Under the pieces are notes generated by a model that saw nothing but the letters and a program-made list of their open reading frames with translations, was not told the DNA's origin and did no database searches. This document shows, piece after piece, positions 61,500 through 64,000 of a stretch of 64,000 bases of DNA. The DNA lies in NCBI GenBank assembly GCA_965203475.1, contig OZ241890.1, forward strand, positions 606,926 to 670,925, written 5' to 3'. The translations under genes and the position numbers were made by a program. Within the stretch, counting starts at the first letter, position 1. Each line of letters begins with the position of its first letter. The DNA comes from Gammaproteobacteria bacterium (lineage in GTDB: Bacteria; Pseudomonadota; Gammaproteobacteria; UBA4575).

Positions 61500-62768
61500 C
61501 TAAACAATTCCAATAAATGGTAAAACTAATACAGCATCACCTTCTTTTACACCTTCTGATTCCATCGGTAAGATAATAAAGCAATTAGCATCAGACATTG
61601 AGCGTAAAATTCCCGAACCTTGTGCGCCTGTTTTTTGTACTTCGTAAGTAGCTTCATCAATTTTTTCATAAATTCCACGTTGATATTCGATTCTTCCTGG
61701 TCTTTTGCGTAATGTAGATGTACATGTGGCAGTTATCATCATAGGTTCATAATGGTTTATGCCCATCATTTTTCTAAGCGCGGGCTGTACAAACATATAA
61801 AAAGTAACCATGACAGATACGGGATTTCCCGGTAATCCAAAAAACCACGCGTCATTAATTTTACCAAAAGCCAACGGTCTTCCAGGTTTCATAGCTACTT
61901 TCCAAAAATTCACCTGGCCGATTTTTTCTAATATTTCTTTTACAAAATCCGCTTCACCCACCGAAACACCACCAGATGTAATAATTACGTCGGCTTGCTT
62001 GGCTGCTTTTGAGAATGCATTTTCCACTGCTGATTGATTATCCTTAACCACACCCATATCGATAATTTCGATCCCGCTCAACCTATGCAGCATACCGAAA
62101 AGTGTATACCGATTACTGTCATAAATTTGACCAATTTCAAGTGAAGTTCCTACGGATCTTAGTTCATCGCCTGTTGAAAAAAATGCAACACGAATTTTTT
62201 TGAATACATTAATTTTTGGAATTCCTACAGAAGCTAGTAGTCCTAATTCGGCAGGTGTAATGAGTTTTCCTTTACCAAGTACAGTTTCATGTATCGCAAT
62301 ATCTTCACCGGCAAGCCGTACATTTTGACTCGATTTATTTGAAGAGTTGATAGTTATTATGTTGTCATTTTTCTCAACATGTTCTTGCATAATCACAGTA
62401 TCAGTAAAGTTAGGCATCACTGCTCCCGTCATTATGCGTACACATTCACCTTTATTTACGTGTCCAGTAAAAGGCTTTCCTGCAAAGGCAGTACCTATTT
62501 CTATAAATGTTTTTGTACCTTCGTTTGGAATTTCTTCCCCATAAATTGCATAACCATCCATAGCAGAATTGGTATGACCGGGCACATTAATTTTTGACTG
62601 AACTTCAGTGGCAACAACACGACCTAATGACTCACGAATAGGCAAAGTTTCGTAAGTGGAAATTTGATTTACTGTATTAATAATTTGATTTTGAGCTTGA
62701 TTTGCATCCATCGAGGCTGGATCAAAATCATCCATACAGCTTGGATCGTATTTAATGTTCGTAGACAT
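61500..62768 (-). CDS. moeA: Molybdopterin molybdotransferase
   Basis: MoeA N-terminal domain plus MogA-like domain with GGVSVG. Confidence 0.85.
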   Translation of the reverse strand: MSTNIKYDPSCMDDFDPASMDANQAQNQIINTVNQISTYETLPIRESLGRVVATEVQSKINVPGHTNSAMDGYAIYGEEIPNEGTKTFIEIGTAFAGKPFTGHVNKGECVRIMTGAVMPNFTDTVIMQEHVEKNDNIITINSSNKSSQNVRLAGEDIAIHETVLGKGKLITPAELGLLASVGIPKINVFKKIRVAFFSTGDELRSVGTSLEIGQIYDSNRYTLFGMLHRLSGIEIIDMGVVKDNQSAVENAFSKAAKQADVIITSGGVSVGEADFVKEILEKIGQVNFWKVAMKPGRPLAFGKINDAWFFGLPGNPVSVMVTFYMFVQPALRKMMGINHYEPMMITATCTSTLRKRPGRIEYQRGIYEKIDEATYEVQKTGAQGSGILRSMSDANCFIILPMESEGVKEGDAVLVLPFIGIV

Positions 62769-62856
62769 AATTTTTACATGACTTAAGAATTCTTATTATA
62801 TAATAATTATGTATTTAATTTGGATGCGATTAGACTTTTTGCACTACTAAATTTAT

Positions 62857-63858
62857 ATGAAATTCGTTCTTACTTCTGTCAATCAAATCATACTTTGTTT
62901 GCTAATCAGCTTGCCTATAGTTCCGTTAAATTTATTTGCAGAATGGCAATCGGAAGATGCAGCCATTATGGGCACTACAATAAGAGTAGAGCTTTGGCAT
63001 GAAGATAAGAATATTCGCAAACAAGCAATATCTTCTGCGTTAGGTGTAATGGAAGATGTAAATCAATTAATGAGCCCCTATATTGAATCCAGTCAATTAT
63101 CTCAAGTTAACAAAAATGCTCATCTCAATCCTGTAAAGGTGAATAAAGAATTATTTGATGTCATTCAGCGGTCGATAGAAGTTTCTACTCTCAGTGATGG
63201 CGCATTTGATATTACGTATGCAAGTGTTGGGCATTTATTTAACTATCGAAAAAAAATTAAACCCAGTGAAAGTGAACTAGAAGAAGCTTCAGCATTTATT
63301 GATTTTAATAATATTGAAATGGATGAAGACAATAGAACTATTTCGTTTACTAAACCCGGTGTGAAAATTGATTTGGGAGGAATTGCCAAGGGATACGCTG
63401 TGGATCTGGCGATCCTAAAAGTTCAAAAATTAGGAATACAACATGCATTAGTCTCAGCAGGCGGTGATACACGAATTTTAGGGGATCGATTGGGGCGGCC
63501 ATGGATTGTTGGTATTCGAGATCCTAAAAATCCAAAAGATGTCATTGTTAAAATGCCTTTAGTGAATGAAGCTTTGTCGACTTCCGGTGACTATGAACGA
63601 TTTTTCATCGAAGATGGTGTTCGTTACCATCACATCATTCACCCTGCCACGGGAAAATCAGCGAAAGAAGTACGTAGCGTTTCAATTATTGGTAAAGACT
63701 CCACGACCACCGATGCACTATCCACTACCGTATTTGTACTCGGTGTAGAAAAAGGACTGAAACTGCTCAATTCTATGTATGAAATTGAGGGTGTAATCAT
63801 AGATCAGCAAGGCCAGCTGTTTTATTCTGAAGGCCTACAATCTCTTGCAAATCACTGA
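62857..63858 (+). CDS. apbE: FAD:protein FMN transferase (ApbE family)
   Basis: DLGGIAKGYAVD and SGDYERFF motifs. Signal/lipoprotein-like N-terminus. Confidence 0.8.
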   Translation: MKFVLTSVNQIILCLLISLPIVPLNLFAEWQSEDAAIMGTTIRVELWHEDKNIRKQAISSALGVMEDVNQLMSPYIESSQLSQVNKNAHLNPVKVNKELFDVIQRSIEVSTLSDGAFDITYASVGHLFNYRKKIKPSESELEEASAFIDFNNIEMDEDNRTISFTKPGVKIDLGGIAKGYAVDLAILKVQKLGIQHALVSAGGDTRILGDRLGRPWIVGIRDPKNPKDVIVKMPLVNEALSTSGDYERFFIEDGVRYHHIIHPATGKSAKEVRSVSIIGKDSTTTDALSTTVFVLGVEKGLKLLNSMYEIEGVIIDQQGQLFYSEGLQSLANH

Positions 63859-64000
63859 CATGTGAGATAACCCACTGAGTTATTGTGAGGCGATTCACAT
63901 AAAGAATTGGGGCTATTTTTAATAGACCATTCGTCCGTTCATTAATACCGTTTACTCGTCTTGAACGGTTACACATTATTAACCCTAGAATAATTCTTTA

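Overview
The window looks like a low-GC (roughly 35-40% by eye) gammaproteobacterial chromosome segment with a Legionellales-like gene repertoire. About 75 mostly tightly packed genes sit on both strands.

Housekeeping content I can support from the translations:
- msrP (5'-truncated) and msrQ at the left edge, then a glycerophosphodiester phosphodiesterase and a GlpD-like FAD-dependent dehydrogenase.
- One tRNA-Arg(TCG), followed by an L,D-transpeptidase.
- An ECF sigma factor with a zinc-finger anti-sigma factor, ATP sulfurylase (sat), fadB and fadA, a Tat-signal MsrB, dsbB, metX, gltA and prc/tsp.
- A scattered molybdenum-cofactor gene set (mobA, mobB, moeB, moaA, moaB, moaE, moeA), plus apbE.

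Three stretches look accessory:
1. 5640-9540: a roughly 0.9 kb stretch of pseudogene debris, followed by a GC-richer lexA / Y-family (DinB-type) polymerase / orphan-ORF cassette. It is preceded by an unusual nested direct-plus-inverted GTTCTC/GAGAAC repeat operator candidate.
2. 9540-15200: a MarR regulator, a eukaryote-like LRAT/PLAAT thiol acyltransferase homolog with a C-terminal membrane anchor, a secreted Sel1-repeat protein, orphan ORFs, and an LplT-transporter/PlsC-acyltransferase fusion.
3. 49280-52970: a translationally coupled three-gene operon of a small vWA protein, a membrane J-domain protein (DjlA-like) and a large NorD/CbbO-like vWA protein.

c-di-GMP signalling is represented by a 963 aa PAS-GGDEF-EAL protein, a small PilZ protein, and an EAL-only ORF. 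The EAL-only ORF appears 5'-truncated and lies behind a tandem and inverted repeat.

I saw no CRISPR array and no intact mobile element. A possible DDE-transposase C-terminal remnant lies at the extreme right edge. All calls are made by eye from motifs in the supplied translations; no database searches were run.
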